Assembly (NCBI GenBank): GCA_040954595.2
Contig: JBECUI020000030.1
Coordinates: 62,001-126,000 of the forward strand
Reading direction: 5' to 3'
Origin: Balanoglossus misakiensis
Lineage: Eukaryota > Animalia > Hemichordata
Length of the DNA: 64,000 nt
Shown: piece after piece, positions 1-10,441 of the stretch
Layout: each line of letters begins with the position of its first letter
How positions within the stretch are numbered: position 1 is the stretch's first letter
Translations under genes and position numbers: made by a program
Notes under the pieces: generated by a model
Databases searched by the model: none
Seen by the model: the letters and a program-made list of their open reading frames with translations, nothing else
Told to the model about the DNA's origin: nothing

Positions 1-2
1 AA

Positions 3-2087
3 GCAGGAAGAAATGGCAGCGAAGTATTAGTGCTTTCTCGGGCAAATAAGAGTACCAGAATATTTGACCACGTCGTGAATTCTTTAGCAAAGGGTGTACA
101 ACCCAATATCAAGTTGTTACAAGATGTAGGTTATATCTTGCGTACGACTGCTGTATATGGAAATGGAAAATTTGGGATAGCTGATTTTGAATCATTACGA
201 GATAACCCTGACTTTTGCTTAAGTTTTAGTGCTCAAATGTGTGCGGTGTATTTATTGAGAGAATTCAGTATCGATTGGGTACATTACCTTGCAAAGAAAA
301 AAGGAGGCGAGAAGGCAACGACACTGCATAAAGATTTACAGCGATTTTTAGGCACAGGCAATGCAACAGGGCTTGGTATGTCATTGTTTCTTATTAATCA
401 TCCTAAAGTTGTCGATGCGTGGTTATATCAAAGAGAAAAGGCACTTGCACAGGTATTATCACTTCCTATTACAGAAGAGGATAAAAACAAGTATATCACC
501 TTACTTCATCAAGCACGAAAGCATATCACCGAAGTTATTACGAGCGATCCTCATCAAAAAAACTTAAACCAAAAAGCAAAAGATGAATTACTTGAAATTA
601 TTTCTTCAGTAAAGCAGGCCTATCAAGAAAAATTATTTTGGAATTATCTAATTAATTTCATAGAACAGTACAGCTATGAAACGCAAGAGATAACGGTATC
701 ATGTTTAATTGATCTATGTCCACATCTCGTTGACGAATTTACCAAAAACATGAATGCCGACGAATCATATATGAGCATTTCTGGAATTAGTAAAAAAACA
801 CTTATTGATATACTAGAAACAAGATATGCGTGGGCTATTGCGATAGATTTTGAAAATCCTGATAATTCTTATTGGTTTTGGTATTCATCCGAAGATAAAG
901 AAGAACCTCGACTAGGGGTGCGTTACGAAGATGACGGGTACGAACTTGAACTCCCTCTTGATATTGCACGAAGAGTAGTTGCATTATACAAGTCGTTAAT
1001 AGATACCCCCGCAGAGTTTAGTTTGGCTGATTTTTTGCTTGTGCACCCGGAATATCGAAGCATAATACGCCGTGTGTACACCATGGGACAATGCAGACTT
1101 GGAGAAATACAGGCAAATTCTATAGGCAAAGAACTACTACCTATGGATTTTCTCCGAGCAAAACTTGCAATATTAGGAGCAACAAAATTTGATCCTCGTT
1201 CCGACAGGTGGGTACAAGTAACATTTTTTCAAGGAGCCCCACTTCTTGCAGATATTAGCACTGACGACTGGGCGTTCCCAACACTACCAGACATTTCTGA
1301 CGAATCATATCGTGTACATCATCACACCATCTCTCAGGATAAGGGATATAAAAGACGTGTTACGTACAATGAAATTCTTTTATATTGTAGCAGGGCGTTT
1401 AGAAGTCTTGGTCGAAAATGGGGAGACCCCGACCTTATTGCATCTTCGGTAGCAGATATAGAAATTATGGAAAAATCTGGTGTCGAAAGATTCGTGAAAT
1501 TTTTGCATTTGGTACAACAAGAGAATGAACATGATCCAATAATAACAAAACAAGAAAACAATATTATTCATGTAGACTTAGCTGGTGCGAGTGTTATGTC
1601 ATATTTATCAATCCTATTAGATTATACGATAGAACATTTTGAGTCTCATATTACCCTAAAAATTGTCAATGAACATAATAACTGGTTGGCGCTAGGAAGA
1701 ATTATGCAACTTCGTTTTGACAATTTTTATGTACAGACGATCTGGAAAGAAGAACATGCCCAGGAATTCGTAGAATACATATATGATTCTAATAATAAAA
1801 AATCGTATATTTATATTTCGGATCTTGATGAAGTACAACAACAGAATCTACAATTCCCCCTACAAGATAATGTGTTATATGTATGCCTCAACAAACTCCC
1901 TTTTACCAGTGTACTCGTAGACACATATCCAACCATAATACATGATGCACAGATTTTACAAAAAAGAAAACAGGCAATGCAACGTGGACTATATGTAAAC
2001 TCGGAGGATTGGACAATTATTCAACAAGCATCACGCACCCTTCTTGTAAGCAATTCGGAAAAATCTAAAAAACAAGCAGGGGCATAA
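3..2087 (+). CDS. Conserved hypothetical protein fused to a C-terminal DUF3726-like domain (5'-partial)
   Basis: The frame is open back to the window edge. The N-part has the LRTTAVYGNGKFG and SEDKEEPRLG motifs of a conserved proteobacterial hypothetical family. The C-part (YNEI..YCSRAFRSLGRKWG ... W..I...SRTLLVSNSEKSKKQAGA) resembles DUF3726. Confidence 0.6.
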   Translation, partial: AGRNGSEVLVLSRANKSTRIFDHVVNSLAKGVQPNIKLLQDVGYILRTTAVYGNGKFGIADFESLRDNPDFCLSFSAQMCAVYLLREFSIDWVHYLAKKKGGEKATTLHKDLQRFLGTGNATGLGMSLFLINHPKVVDAWLYQREKALAQVLSLPITEEDKNKYITLLHQARKHITEVITSDPHQKNLNQKAKDELLEIISSVKQAYQEKLFWNYLINFIEQYSYETQEITVSCLIDLCPHLVDEFTKNMNADESYMSISGISKKTLIDILETRYAWAIAIDFENPDNSYWFWYSSEDKEEPRLGVRYEDDGYELELPLDIARRVVALYKSLIDTPAEFSLADFLLVHPEYRSIIRRVYTMGQCRLGEIQANSIGKELLPMDFLRAKLAILGATKFDPRSDRWVQVTFFQGAPLLADISTDDWAFPTLPDISDESYRVHHHTISQDKGYKRRVTYNEILLYCSRAFRSLGRKWGDPDLIASSVADIEIMEKSGVERFVKFLHLVQQENEHDPIITKQENNIIHVDLAGASVMSYLSILLDYTIEHFESHITLKIVNEHNNWLALGRIMQLRFDNFYVQTIWKEEHAQEFVEYIYDSNNKKSYIYISDLDEVQQQNLQFPLQDNVLYVCLNKLPFTSVLVDTYPTIIHDAQILQKRKQAMQRGLYVNSEDWTIIQQASRTLLVSNSEKSKKQAGA

Positions 2088-2205
2088 ATTATTTGTATGA
2101 AGCACTGCGTAATGTTTAATCAGTAATCATAGAAAGCAAATAAAAATAGGTTGAAGTACGTTATTGCTATGTTGCACATAGTGACCAAAAAACATCTCCA
2201 AGCAC

Positions 2206-2234
2206 TTGCCAGATGAAAAATTATATGCTACAAT
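2206..2234 (+). promoter_or_regulatory. Putative sigma70 promoter of the TRAP operon
   Basis: TTGCCA-17 nt-TACAAT with an extended TG. An AGTGA-N7-TCACT inverted repeat lies just downstream (~2258-2274). Confidence 0.45.
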
Positions 2235-2352
2235 TTATTATTATTATTATTTAAAAAAGTGATAAATTTTCACTGCACTATTATTTATGAAGTGTTTTCG
2301 TCAACTACTACACGTGTTGTTGGTAATGCCGGAAAAACAAAAGGAGGTTTTT

Positions 2353-3363
2353 ATGAAAAAATTGTTATACATCGTATTTTCGATAGTATTAGTTGTATCA
2401 TTTGTAGGATGCACACCAAGTGAGTCGGCAGAACAGGTCGAGACTCCAGTTGAGGTGCAAAAAGTTACTCTTAGGTTGGCATCGTCTGCTTCTCCCACTG
2501 AGGTGCGTTCCTTATCCATTGAGGAATACATAAAACCTGCAATAGCTGATTTCGCAAACTTAGAAACGTACTGGAGTTCAACGCTATTTAAGCAAGGCAC
2601 GGAACTTGAGGCAGTAGCCCGTGGAAACGTAGAAATGGTACTGGCTTCACCACAAGAATTATCTCAGTTTATACCCGAGTTTGCTATTTTTGCGACAGGT
2701 TATGTAATACGAGATGCGGCGCACCAAGTTGCCATTTTTAATGCTGGTTTTATGGATGAATTTAAGAAAAAAACCGAAGATATTCTTAATCTTAAGTTGT
2801 TGAGTATCATGTATCAAGGTCGGCGTAACTTAAATTTGAGAGGGGATAAAACAATTAACACCCCTGCAGATTTGAGTGGTGTGAAGTTGCGTATGCCCGG
2901 ATCGAAGGCTTGGCAATTTCTTGGCAGCGCACTTGGAGCGAATCCTACTCCCATAGCATTTGCAGAAGTATACACTGCGTTGCAATCAGGGGCTGTAGAC
3001 GGACAGGATAATCCTATCCCGACTACGGTTAACATGAAATTTTATGAAGTTACCGATCAGATTATTTTGACAGGACACTTAGTAGATTTCACGTACGTAT
3101 CCATTGCAAATGATGTATGGAATAGTCTTACTGCTGAACAACAACAGACATTGCAAGAAGCAGCAAATAAGGCAACCCAATCCTCGCTGGAAAAACAATT
3201 AGTCTTGGAAAAAGAGCTAATAACATACTTGGAAGAGCAGGGCTTACGCGTATACGCTCCGGATGTAGATGCATTTCGACAACATGTACAGGAAGTGTAT
3301 TTGAACTCAGAATTCTCTGCCGGATGGCCAAGCGGATTGTTGGAAAAGATAAACAATTTATAA
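2353..3363 (+). CDS. dctP: TRAP transporter substrate-binding protein (DctP family), lipoprotein
   Basis: AGGAGG RBS before ATG 2353; lipobox-like SFVGC; DLSGVKLRMP and EVYTALQSGAVDGQDNP motifs. Confidence 0.92.
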   Translation: MKKLLYIVFSIVLVVSFVGCTPSESAEQVETPVEVQKVTLRLASSASPTEVRSLSIEEYIKPAIADFANLETYWSSTLFKQGTELEAVARGNVEMVLASPQELSQFIPEFAIFATGYVIRDAAHQVAIFNAGFMDEFKKKTEDILNLKLLSIMYQGRRNLNLRGDKTINTPADLSGVKLRMPGSKAWQFLGSALGANPTPIAFAEVYTALQSGAVDGQDNPIPTTVNMKFYEVTDQIILTGHLVDFTYVSIANDVWNSLTAEQQQTLQEAANKATQSSLEKQLVLEKELITYLEEQGLRVYAPDVDAFRQHVQEVYLNSEFSAGWPSGLLEKINNL

Positions 3364-3384
3364 TTGTAGTATACTTCGTTATGT

Positions 3385-3930
3385 ATGGAACATAAAAAGG
3401 TACATAAAATTAAGAATGTACACAACTATATTGTTCATATAGTTAACTACATAAAATCTACCGCGAATTACATTGCAGCAATGATGCTCGTTTTTATTTT
3501 TCTAGCGTTTTGCGTCAATGTAATTTTGCGGTACACCTTAGGTATATCTTTTGGATGGATAGTTGAAGTAACCCTAATTTTGTGGCTCTGGGTGATTTTT
3601 CTTGGAGCAGGAATTTTCTTGGAAGATGAAGATCACGTATCCTTTATCTATATGTACAGGGCTTTCGGGAAAAAAGTACATTTCATTCTAAAAACATTAT
3701 CCTTTGCCATTGTAGCAATAGGTGGAATTATCATGATTCCACCAGTTTGGGATTACATTGACTTTTTGGCAATTAGAGAAAGCAACGTAATAGGTATGCC
3801 TATGAACTACGTCTTCTTTATTTACAAGATATTCTTAATTGCCTTGATAATGAAATATGGATACAAAACATTATTTAATATCCATAGATTTTATCATGAC
3901 TTCGTAAAAAACAAGAATAATAAGGAATAA
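3385..3930 (+). CDS. dctQ: TRAP transporter small permease
   Basis: 4 TM segments, NVILRY and HVS motifs, located between dctP and dctM. Confidence 0.88.
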   Translation: MEHKKVHKIKNVHNYIVHIVNYIKSTANYIAAMMLVFIFLAFCVNVILRYTLGISFGWIVEVTLILWLWVIFLGAGIFLEDEDHVSFIYMYRAFGKKVHFILKTLSFAIVAIGGIIMIPPVWDYIDFLAIRESNVIGMPMNYVFFIYKIFLIALIMKYGYKTLFNIHRFYHDFVKNKNNKE

Positions 3931-3953
3931 AAAGTAAAAGGAAGTATTAAAAG

Positions 3954-5249
3954 ATGGACTTAGTATTAATCACATTTGTAGTGTTGCTAGTTATTCTTGT
4001 ACTTCTAGAACTACCCATTTCAATTTCTATAATTTTTGCGGCAACCGGATTCCTACTTGTATCGGGTCAGGATTTATCTATCGCTGCAGAACAGTTATTG
4101 AATGCGTTATTTAATAACTACTTATTGCTTGCGGTGCCGTTGTTTATCATGTCGGCAAACTTCATGAATGCCTCTTCAATCACCGACAAACTGCTGGATT
4201 TTGCCCTCGCACTTGTTGGACGATTTAAGGGTGGGCTTGGTCATGTTAATATAGTACTTTCTCTTATATTTTCAGGCATGTCAGGATCCGCAGTTGCCGA
4301 TGTCGCGGGTATTGGAAAAATCATCATCCCTATGATGACAAAAGACAATAAGTACAGTAGAGGATACGCTGCGGCTATAACGGCGGCATCTTCTACAATA
4401 GGTCCCATTGTGCCCCCTTCAATTCCTATGATCTTATACGCGTTGGTTTCAAACGCTTCCATTGGATATTTGTTTTTGGGTGGCATACTTCCCGGTATTA
4501 TTATGGCGGTTGTATTGATGATTATTAATGCATACCTTGCTAAGAAGAACAATTTTTCTGTAGAAAAGGCACCACCACTAAGAGAATTGCCGAAAAAAAC
4601 ATTTATTGCACTGCCCTCGCTGATGATGCCTGTAATTTTGTTATACGGAATTTACGGCGGAGTAATGACGGCTACTGAAGCTGCCGCGATCGCTGCTCTT
4701 TATGCTTTGGCAATAGACGTTCTATTTTATCGAAGTTTAACTATCAAAAAATTTATAAAAGCAGTATCAGAAACTGCAAAAGCATCAGCTTCTGCCGGAT
4801 TTATTGTGGGAACCGCACTTATTATGAATTATGTAGTGGTAAGTCAAAATATACCCGATACATTATCCAATATTTTTGATGGTTTGAGCATTTCTCCTTT
4901 GCTGTTTATGTTTGCAATTAATCTGTTGGTATTATTTTTGGGATGTTTACTTGATGCTTCCGTTATCATATTAGTAATAATTCCTTTGTTTTTACCAACA
5001 ATCAATGCTCTAGGAATTGATGTGGTATATTTTGGTGTAGTGATAGTTATAAATTGTATGATAGGGCTTATCACGCCTCCATACGGGGTAATCATTCTTG
5101 TTATCAACTCTATTATGAAGATCCCGCTCGGGGAGATTATAAAAGAATTATGGCCATTTTTGCTCTCTCTGATTGGATTCTTGATACTTATAATAGTGTT
5201 TCCGGATATAGTATTGTTTTTACCCAGACTACTGGGCTATCAGGGATAG
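3954..5249 (+). CDS. dctM: TRAP transporter large permease
   Basis: FSGMSGSAVAD, IVPPSIPMILY and GLITPPYG motifs. Confidence 0.93.
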   Translation: MDLVLITFVVLLVILVLLELPISISIIFAATGFLLVSGQDLSIAAEQLLNALFNNYLLLAVPLFIMSANFMNASSITDKLLDFALALVGRFKGGLGHVNIVLSLIFSGMSGSAVADVAGIGKIIIPMMTKDNKYSRGYAAAITAASSTIGPIVPPSIPMILYALVSNASIGYLFLGGILPGIIMAVVLMIINAYLAKKNNFSVEKAPPLRELPKKTFIALPSLMMPVILLYGIYGGVMTATEAAAIAALYALAIDVLFYRSLTIKKFIKAVSETAKASASAGFIVGTALIMNYVVVSQNIPDTLSNIFDGLSISPLLFMFAINLLVLFLGCLLDASVIILVIIPLFLPTINALGIDVVYFGVVIVINCMIGLITPPYGVIILVINSIMKIPLGEIIKELWPFLLSLIGFLILIIVFPDIVLFLPRLLGYQG

Positions 5250-5257
5250 CACCCTTA

Positions 5258-6319
5258 TTATATGTCCTTTATGTATACCCTTTTGCCGTCTCGAGCAGAC
5301 AGATTAATAGCTCTAATAACTTCCATCACCTTCAAGCCATCTAATCCGGTAACAAGCGGGTTCACTTTACCTTGTATTACTTGAGCAAAATGTTCCAACT
5401 GCGCAATGAGAGGATCTTTGATCTGTTTCATAAATATTTCATTACTGATTGGTTTGAACCAATGGCGCTCTCCACTGTAATGCCATAAACGATTGTTCGG
5501 TATTTCTATGGACCCTTCAGTTCCACCGATCATACAATACAGCTGATCTGTTTTTGGATACGTTGGATTGTCCCCCGTCGTTAATTCCCAACTCCATGGC
5601 GACGGAATTGTATCCGACATATTAATAGTGCATAAAGCAGAATTTTCGAATTTTGCAATTACTACTGCGGTATCTTCTACCTCAAATTGTCTTGTAGCAT
5701 TGCTGGCATAGGAATTAAGATACTCGATATCGCCTATGTAATGTAAGAGTAAATCAATATCATGTGATAAATTTATGTTAATGGGACCTGCACCATGTTT
5801 CCGACGCCATCGATTTTCAAAATATTCATTGTTCTTGTAAAGCCAAAAATGGGTATGTACGGATACAATCTTCCCTAAACGACCACTAGACAACTGTTCT
5901 TTCGTTGCCTGCACAATACTATTAAATCTTCTATAATATCCCGTTAAGAGAGGAACCTTTTTAAGATCTGCCATATGTATGACTTCCTTGGCTTCTTTTA
6001 AGTCGGTTGCAAAGGGTTTCTCTACTAAAACAGGTATGCCTTTCTGTACACAAGGGCTTGTGTTTTTCATGTGAACCTCATTTGGAGTAGCTACTATGAC
6101 CCCATCCGGCTTCACGGAATCTATCATTCCTTCTATATTGTCAAAAAAGGGAATATTGTAGCTCTGGGCTATCTGTTTTCCTTTTTCAGTAATATCTACG
6201 ATTGCTACTACATTGATGCCTTGTGTTTCGATGGCTCGTTTTATATGTCGTATCCCAATAAGACCCGTACCTACGACTGCAATGTTAGTCAATTTTATAT
6301 CTCTTCTTCCTTTCCCCAT
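5258..6319 (-). CDS. Gfo/Idh/MocA family NAD(P)-dependent oxidoreductase
   Basis: VVGTGLIG Rossmann motif, VLVEKP, GYYRRF, HDID. Confidence 0.9.
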   Translation of the reverse strand: MGKGRRDIKLTNIAVVGTGLIGIRHIKRAIETQGINVVAIVDITEKGKQIAQSYNIPFFDNIEGMIDSVKPDGVIVATPNEVHMKNTSPCVQKGIPVLVEKPFATDLKEAKEVIHMADLKKVPLLTGYYRRFNSIVQATKEQLSSGRLGKIVSVHTHFWLYKNNEYFENRWRRKHGAGPININLSHDIDLLLHYIGDIEYLNSYASNATRQFEVEDTAVVIAKFENSALCTINMSDTIPSPWSWELTTGDNPTYPKTDQLYCMIGGTEGSIEIPNNRLWHYSGERHWFKPISNEIFMKQIKDPLIAQLEHFAQVIQGKVNPLVTGLDGLKVMEVIRAINLSARDGKRVYIKDI

Positions 6320-6328
6320 ACATGTTAT

Positions 6329-8107
6329 CTAATCCGTTGCTGTATGAGATATATTGCCCCCGGGTGAATATATATCAAGAATATTCCAATGCCCTGTTGT
6401 GGGGGTCGGATTGTTTTGCATGGCAACATCAATAACAGTCGGCTTTCCACTTTTTATCGCTTCAACTAAGGCGGGCTTAAACTCACTTGCCTTTTTAATT
6501 CTAATTCCCTCTACACCATATGCCTTGGCAATTTCGGCATAGTTGGTATCTGCCCGTTCCTTATTGTGTTTATCCACAAACAAGGTTCCGTATGTTACAC
6601 CGTAGTGAGCTTTTTGCAATCCCGCAATCGTCCCAAAGGCATTGTTGTTCATGACAATCCAAATTACATGCAAATTCAATTCCTTTGCCGTAGACAATAC
6701 GGCAGGATTTTGTCCAAAGCCCCCATCGCCTACCATCGACACCACAATTCTTGATGGTGCTGCCAATTTTGCTCCTACTGCTGCCGAAGGACCAAAGCCC
6801 ATTGTTGCACATCCACCCGGTATCAATATGCTATTCGGTGTAAGAATATCAAACTGTTGTCCTACACCATTTTTATTCCATCCAACATCTGTAGTAATTA
6901 TTGCATCATCAGGCAGAACATCTCTGGTATCTGCTAGGATACGCTCGGGCATCATTGGGAAGTTATCACTCACTGCCTGTGCATGAGTGCTTTGCTTGAA
7001 GTCTTGTTTGAACTTCTTTATTTTATCAGCTATGTCTTCTCTTTTAAATCCTGATGGGTATTTTTCTTTGAAAATCTTATTGATCAAAGCTAAAGACTTT
7101 TTCAAATCACCAATCGCGCCTATATGAGCAGGATAATTTCTACTTATCTCACATGCCTCAATGTCTATATGAATGAGTTTCGTAGAGTGTGGTATGTCAA
7201 AGGTATAGCCATCTTGCCACGAACTACAATCAGCTTCCTTAAATCTCGTTCCAAGTGCAAACAGATAATCGGCATTCAGACATGCCTGATTGACAAGTGA
7301 AGTACCCCAAAAACCAGTCATTCCCATGGCAAAGGGATGATTGTCCGGAATACAGCCTTTCCCCATCAGACTGTACGCAACGGGAATATGTGTATGATTA
7401 ACAAATTCTTCCAACTCACGCGATGCTCTTGCAAGAAGAACCCCCCCACCTGCGTATATTACAGGATTTTTTGCTTTTGCTAATGTTTCTACAATTTGTT
7501 CTGCAACATCATGTGATATACAAGGTTTTGATAACTGCTTTGTACCTGTAAGTCGTGCAAATAGTTGGGGATCAATGTCTTTAGAAAAAACATCCATAGG
7601 AACGTTGACCAATACAGGTCCTTGTTGTCCGCTTTCAGCTAATAAAAATGCCTTTTCCAAAATTTCAGGAAGTAAATCGGCTCTATCTACTCGCCATGCT
7701 CGCTTTACAAAGGGTTTATATATTTCATATTGAGACGCATCTGCATGAAGATTGACCTCCTGATGCGGGTGCTTCCCATAATAATGAGAAGGAATATCGC
7801 CTGCAATGACAACCATGGGGATACAATCAAGTGCTGCATTCAGTACGCCCGTCGTCGCATTAGTAAGCCCTGGGCTCAAATGTAATAAAAGAACACCTGC
7901 CTTGTCTAAAACTCTCGCATATGCATCAGCTGCATGCGCTGCGATCTGCTCGTGCCGAACCATTATAAAATCTATGTCGGATTCATCTAGTGCAGACAAC
8001 ACGGCTATATTCGTGTGTCCGCACAAGCCAAATACATGTTTGATTCCTCGCTTCTCGAGGTATTTCACCATTAATTGTGCTACCGTGTTTTTTCTATCTT
8101 GCATCAT
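6329..8107 (-). CDS. Thiamine-pyrophosphate-dependent enzyme (ALS/IolD/glyoxylate carboligase superfamily), substrate unknown
   Basis: FGLCGHTN, RHEQ and the GDGGF...NN TPP-binding motif. Confidence 0.88.
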   Translation of the reverse strand: MMQDRKNTVAQLMVKYLEKRGIKHVFGLCGHTNIAVLSALDESDIDFIMVRHEQIAAHAADAYARVLDKAGVLLLHLSPGLTNATTGVLNAALDCIPMVVIAGDIPSHYYGKHPHQEVNLHADASQYEIYKPFVKRAWRVDRADLLPEILEKAFLLAESGQQGPVLVNVPMDVFSKDIDPQLFARLTGTKQLSKPCISHDVAEQIVETLAKAKNPVIYAGGGVLLARASRELEEFVNHTHIPVAYSLMGKGCIPDNHPFAMGMTGFWGTSLVNQACLNADYLFALGTRFKEADCSSWQDGYTFDIPHSTKLIHIDIEACEISRNYPAHIGAIGDLKKSLALINKIFKEKYPSGFKREDIADKIKKFKQDFKQSTHAQAVSDNFPMMPERILADTRDVLPDDAIITTDVGWNKNGVGQQFDILTPNSILIPGGCATMGFGPSAAVGAKLAAPSRIVVSMVGDGGFGQNPAVLSTAKELNLHVIWIVMNNNAFGTIAGLQKAHYGVTYGTLFVDKHNKERADTNYAEIAKAYGVEGIRIKKASEFKPALVEAIKSGKPTVIDVAMQNNPTPTTGHWNILDIYSPGGNISHTATD

Positions 8108-9555
8108 TCTTCTCTATTCATCACCTTGCTGACATCAACATTATAAAATTCACCAAACAATTCTTTTTCATCAGGACGATCTTCTTTTATAGGAGAACTT
8201 ACCCACGTGTACTGCAGATAGTGCTTCAAATTAATATTTTCGTTCGTAACATTGCCACCCCAAACGCCACAGCCAAGCGAAGAGGTCATAGGCATGCCGT
8301 TCGTCCATGCACCGGCATTAGCCTTTGATTGTGGCTGCCGTACCATTATTCGACTAACGGGAGCCACCTTTGCAAGAGCATCGATATGCTTTTGATCGTG
8401 TGAATATATTCCGCACGAATGACCTTTGCCTGCGGTGTCATATATCTTTCGGACAGTATCAAGTGCTTCTGTAAAGGTTTCAAAATGATACAGTGCCATG
8501 ACGGTGGTAAGTTTCTCCATTGAGAACTTATGTTCTCTACCAATCTGATTGTGGTTTTCTACCATTAAAAACTTGGCATCGTCCGGTATTTCAAACCCTG
8601 CATGCTTGGCAATTTGTTGCGGGGGACAGGCTATAGTTTCAAATGTCCTATTACCATCTTCATTCCACATGACGTCCTGTATGAGTTGCTTTTCCTGTGC
8701 TGAACAGAGATACCCTCCTTCAGCCTGCAGTTTTTGAACCATTTCCTTGTATATGGATTGGTCAATAATTATGTTTCCATCAGCTGAACAACCAGAACCA
8801 AAATCAGATGTTTTGCTTATTCTAATATTTCGAGCAGCTATTTCAAGATCAGCAGAATAATCGATTACCATTGTAGAGTTTCCTGCTCCAACACCATACG
8901 CGGGTTTCCCGGAACTATAGGCAGATTTCACCATCGGTTTTCCACCTGTCGCCAGTGTTAAATCACATTGCGCCATTAATTCTTTAGTAGCCGGTATAGA
9001 TGGCTCTTCCATTACCTGAAATAAATCCGCAGGCGCACCTACGGCAATGCATGCTGCTCGCAATACATCAACCATATGTGCTGTCGTTTTTTTTGTCCTC
9101 GGATGGGGAGAAAATATAACCGCGTCTTTTGCCTTCGCTGCGTATACCGCTGTTACGGGGGGAGTTAGTGCGGGATTGGTCATGGGAATTACAGACGCTA
9201 TAACCCCAACAGGTTTGGCATACTTTGCAATCCCTTTATTTACATCTTCCTCTACTTTCCCAATGCTCTTTTGCCTAAGAGCATCTCTTAATACACCGTG
9301 TACTTTGAATCTTTTAGCAGGACGACCTTTCCTGTCTCCTACGCCACTCTCATCTACACCCAACTGAGCCAGATGAGTAAACACCTGCTCGTTCGATGAA
9401 TACCAAGCAAGTGCCTGACATAATCTGTCAACCTGTTCTTGATTCCAATGAGCAATTTCCTTCATGGCATTTCTTGCCCTCTCCATCTTGGCCTCTACCA
9501 TCGCTTTCTGCTCCGGCGTGAGTATATATTTTTTGTCTATTTTTTTTTGCTCCAT
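8104..9555 (-). CDS. CoA-acylating aldehyde dehydrogenase (SauS/AdhE N-domain-like)
   Basis: PMTNP, ATGG, GVGAGN, catalytic Cys in SGCSAD, EKL, LGCGVWGGN. Confidence 0.87.
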   Translation of the reverse strand: MEQKKIDKKYILTPEQKAMVEAKMERARNAMKEIAHWNQEQVDRLCQALAWYSSNEQVFTHLAQLGVDESGVGDRKGRPAKRFKVHGVLRDALRQKSIGKVEEDVNKGIAKYAKPVGVIASVIPMTNPALTPPVTAVYAAKAKDAVIFSPHPRTKKTTAHMVDVLRAACIAVGAPADLFQVMEEPSIPATKELMAQCDLTLATGGKPMVKSAYSSGKPAYGVGAGNSTMVIDYSADLEIAARNIRISKTSDFGSGCSADGNIIIDQSIYKEMVQKLQAEGGYLCSAQEKQLIQDVMWNEDGNRTFETIACPPQQIAKHAGFEIPDDAKFLMVENHNQIGREHKFSMEKLTTVMALYHFETFTEALDTVRKIYDTAGKGHSCGIYSHDQKHIDALAKVAPVSRIMVRQPQSKANAGAWTNGMPMTSSLGCGVWGGNVTNENINLKHYLQYTWVSSPIKEDRPDEKELFGEFYNVDVSKVMNREE

Positions 9556-9577
9556 TTATGCCTCCTATAAATATTTT

Positions 9578-10441
9578 TTATATTAATCTATCAGGTACGC
9601 TTTTATATTTTGATTTCACGCGCCAACATTCCTCTAATAAAAGATAATTTTTTGTGTCTTGTAAAATATATTTCGCATACTCCAAAGATCCTAAGTGTCG
9701 ATGTAATCGTTCGTTTGGAATTTCCAGCGAAAAAACACTACAATGAATGTTGTTTAAATAACTCAGTACGGCAATATCACCTCTCCCCGCCGGATATCTT
9801 GCTTCTCGTGCTATAAATTTTTGCCCCTTCATGCTTCTAATTCCATGACCTTTGGCATCACATAAATGAACAAAATGTAGATGTTTTTGATCTATCATTT
9901 TTATTTCTTCAGGGTCAGTTTTTGCCCTATATAGATGCAATAAATCCAGTAATATGCCGGAATTTTCTGCATTCCCATCTAATACAAACTTATTTATGGA
10001 GTTAATATCCGGGAGAGATGACCAAGGAAGCATTTCTAATACTACTATTATGTTGTATTGTTTTGCCAACGTACATAACTGTTGAAACTTTTGTAAACAA
10101 ACTTCCAAATTTGTTCCATGCACCTGACAGATAGCATACTTGGCACCTATCTGTGCCCCTGTATCTAAAATCGTTTCAAATTCCGCAAGTATATCGGTCT
10201 CATCTTTTATTGCCAGTAGTTCGATATCAAAAATCTTAACCTTGCTGTCAGCCAAAATTTTTTGACATTCTGTAATCGCATATGTATCACCTGCAAGTTT
10301 GTATGCATCTTCCTCTTTAGTAACAGCACGCAAACGCGGACTTACATAGTCATAACCCGCTATGTCGGCAATCTTTATCAGATTAAATATTGTCTCTTCT
10401 ATCAAACTTAAATGTGCTAACGAAAACTTATTATCTATCAT
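9578..10441 (-). CDS. Xylose-isomerase-like TIM-barrel protein (sugar phosphate isomerase/epimerase/dehydratase family)
   Basis: Start at MIDNKFSLAHLS overlaps the upstream stop. Metal-ligand motifs LEMLPW, DLLH, HLCDA, LEIP. Confidence 0.82.
   Translation of the reverse strand: MIDNKFSLAHLSLIEETIFNLIKIADIAGYDYVSPRLRAVTKEEDAYKLAGDTYAITECQKILADSKVKIFDIELLAIKDETDILAEFETILDTGAQIGAKYAICQVHGTNLEVCLQKFQQLCTLAKQYNIIVVLEMLPWSSLPDINSINKFVLDGNAENSGILLDLLHLYRAKTDPEEIKMIDQKHLHFVHLCDAKGHGIRSMKGQKFIAREARYPAGRGDIAVLSYLNNIHCSVFSLEIPNERLHRHLGSLEYAKYILQDTKNYLLLEECWRVKSKYKSVPDRLI

Noticed and set aside
6329-9555. Taurine/sulfoacetaldehyde pathway (Xsc + SauS)
   Set aside because: The ALDH is SauS-like, but the TPP enzyme lacks the Xsc N-terminal GIIGSA signature, and no sulfite exporter, pta or sauT is nearby.
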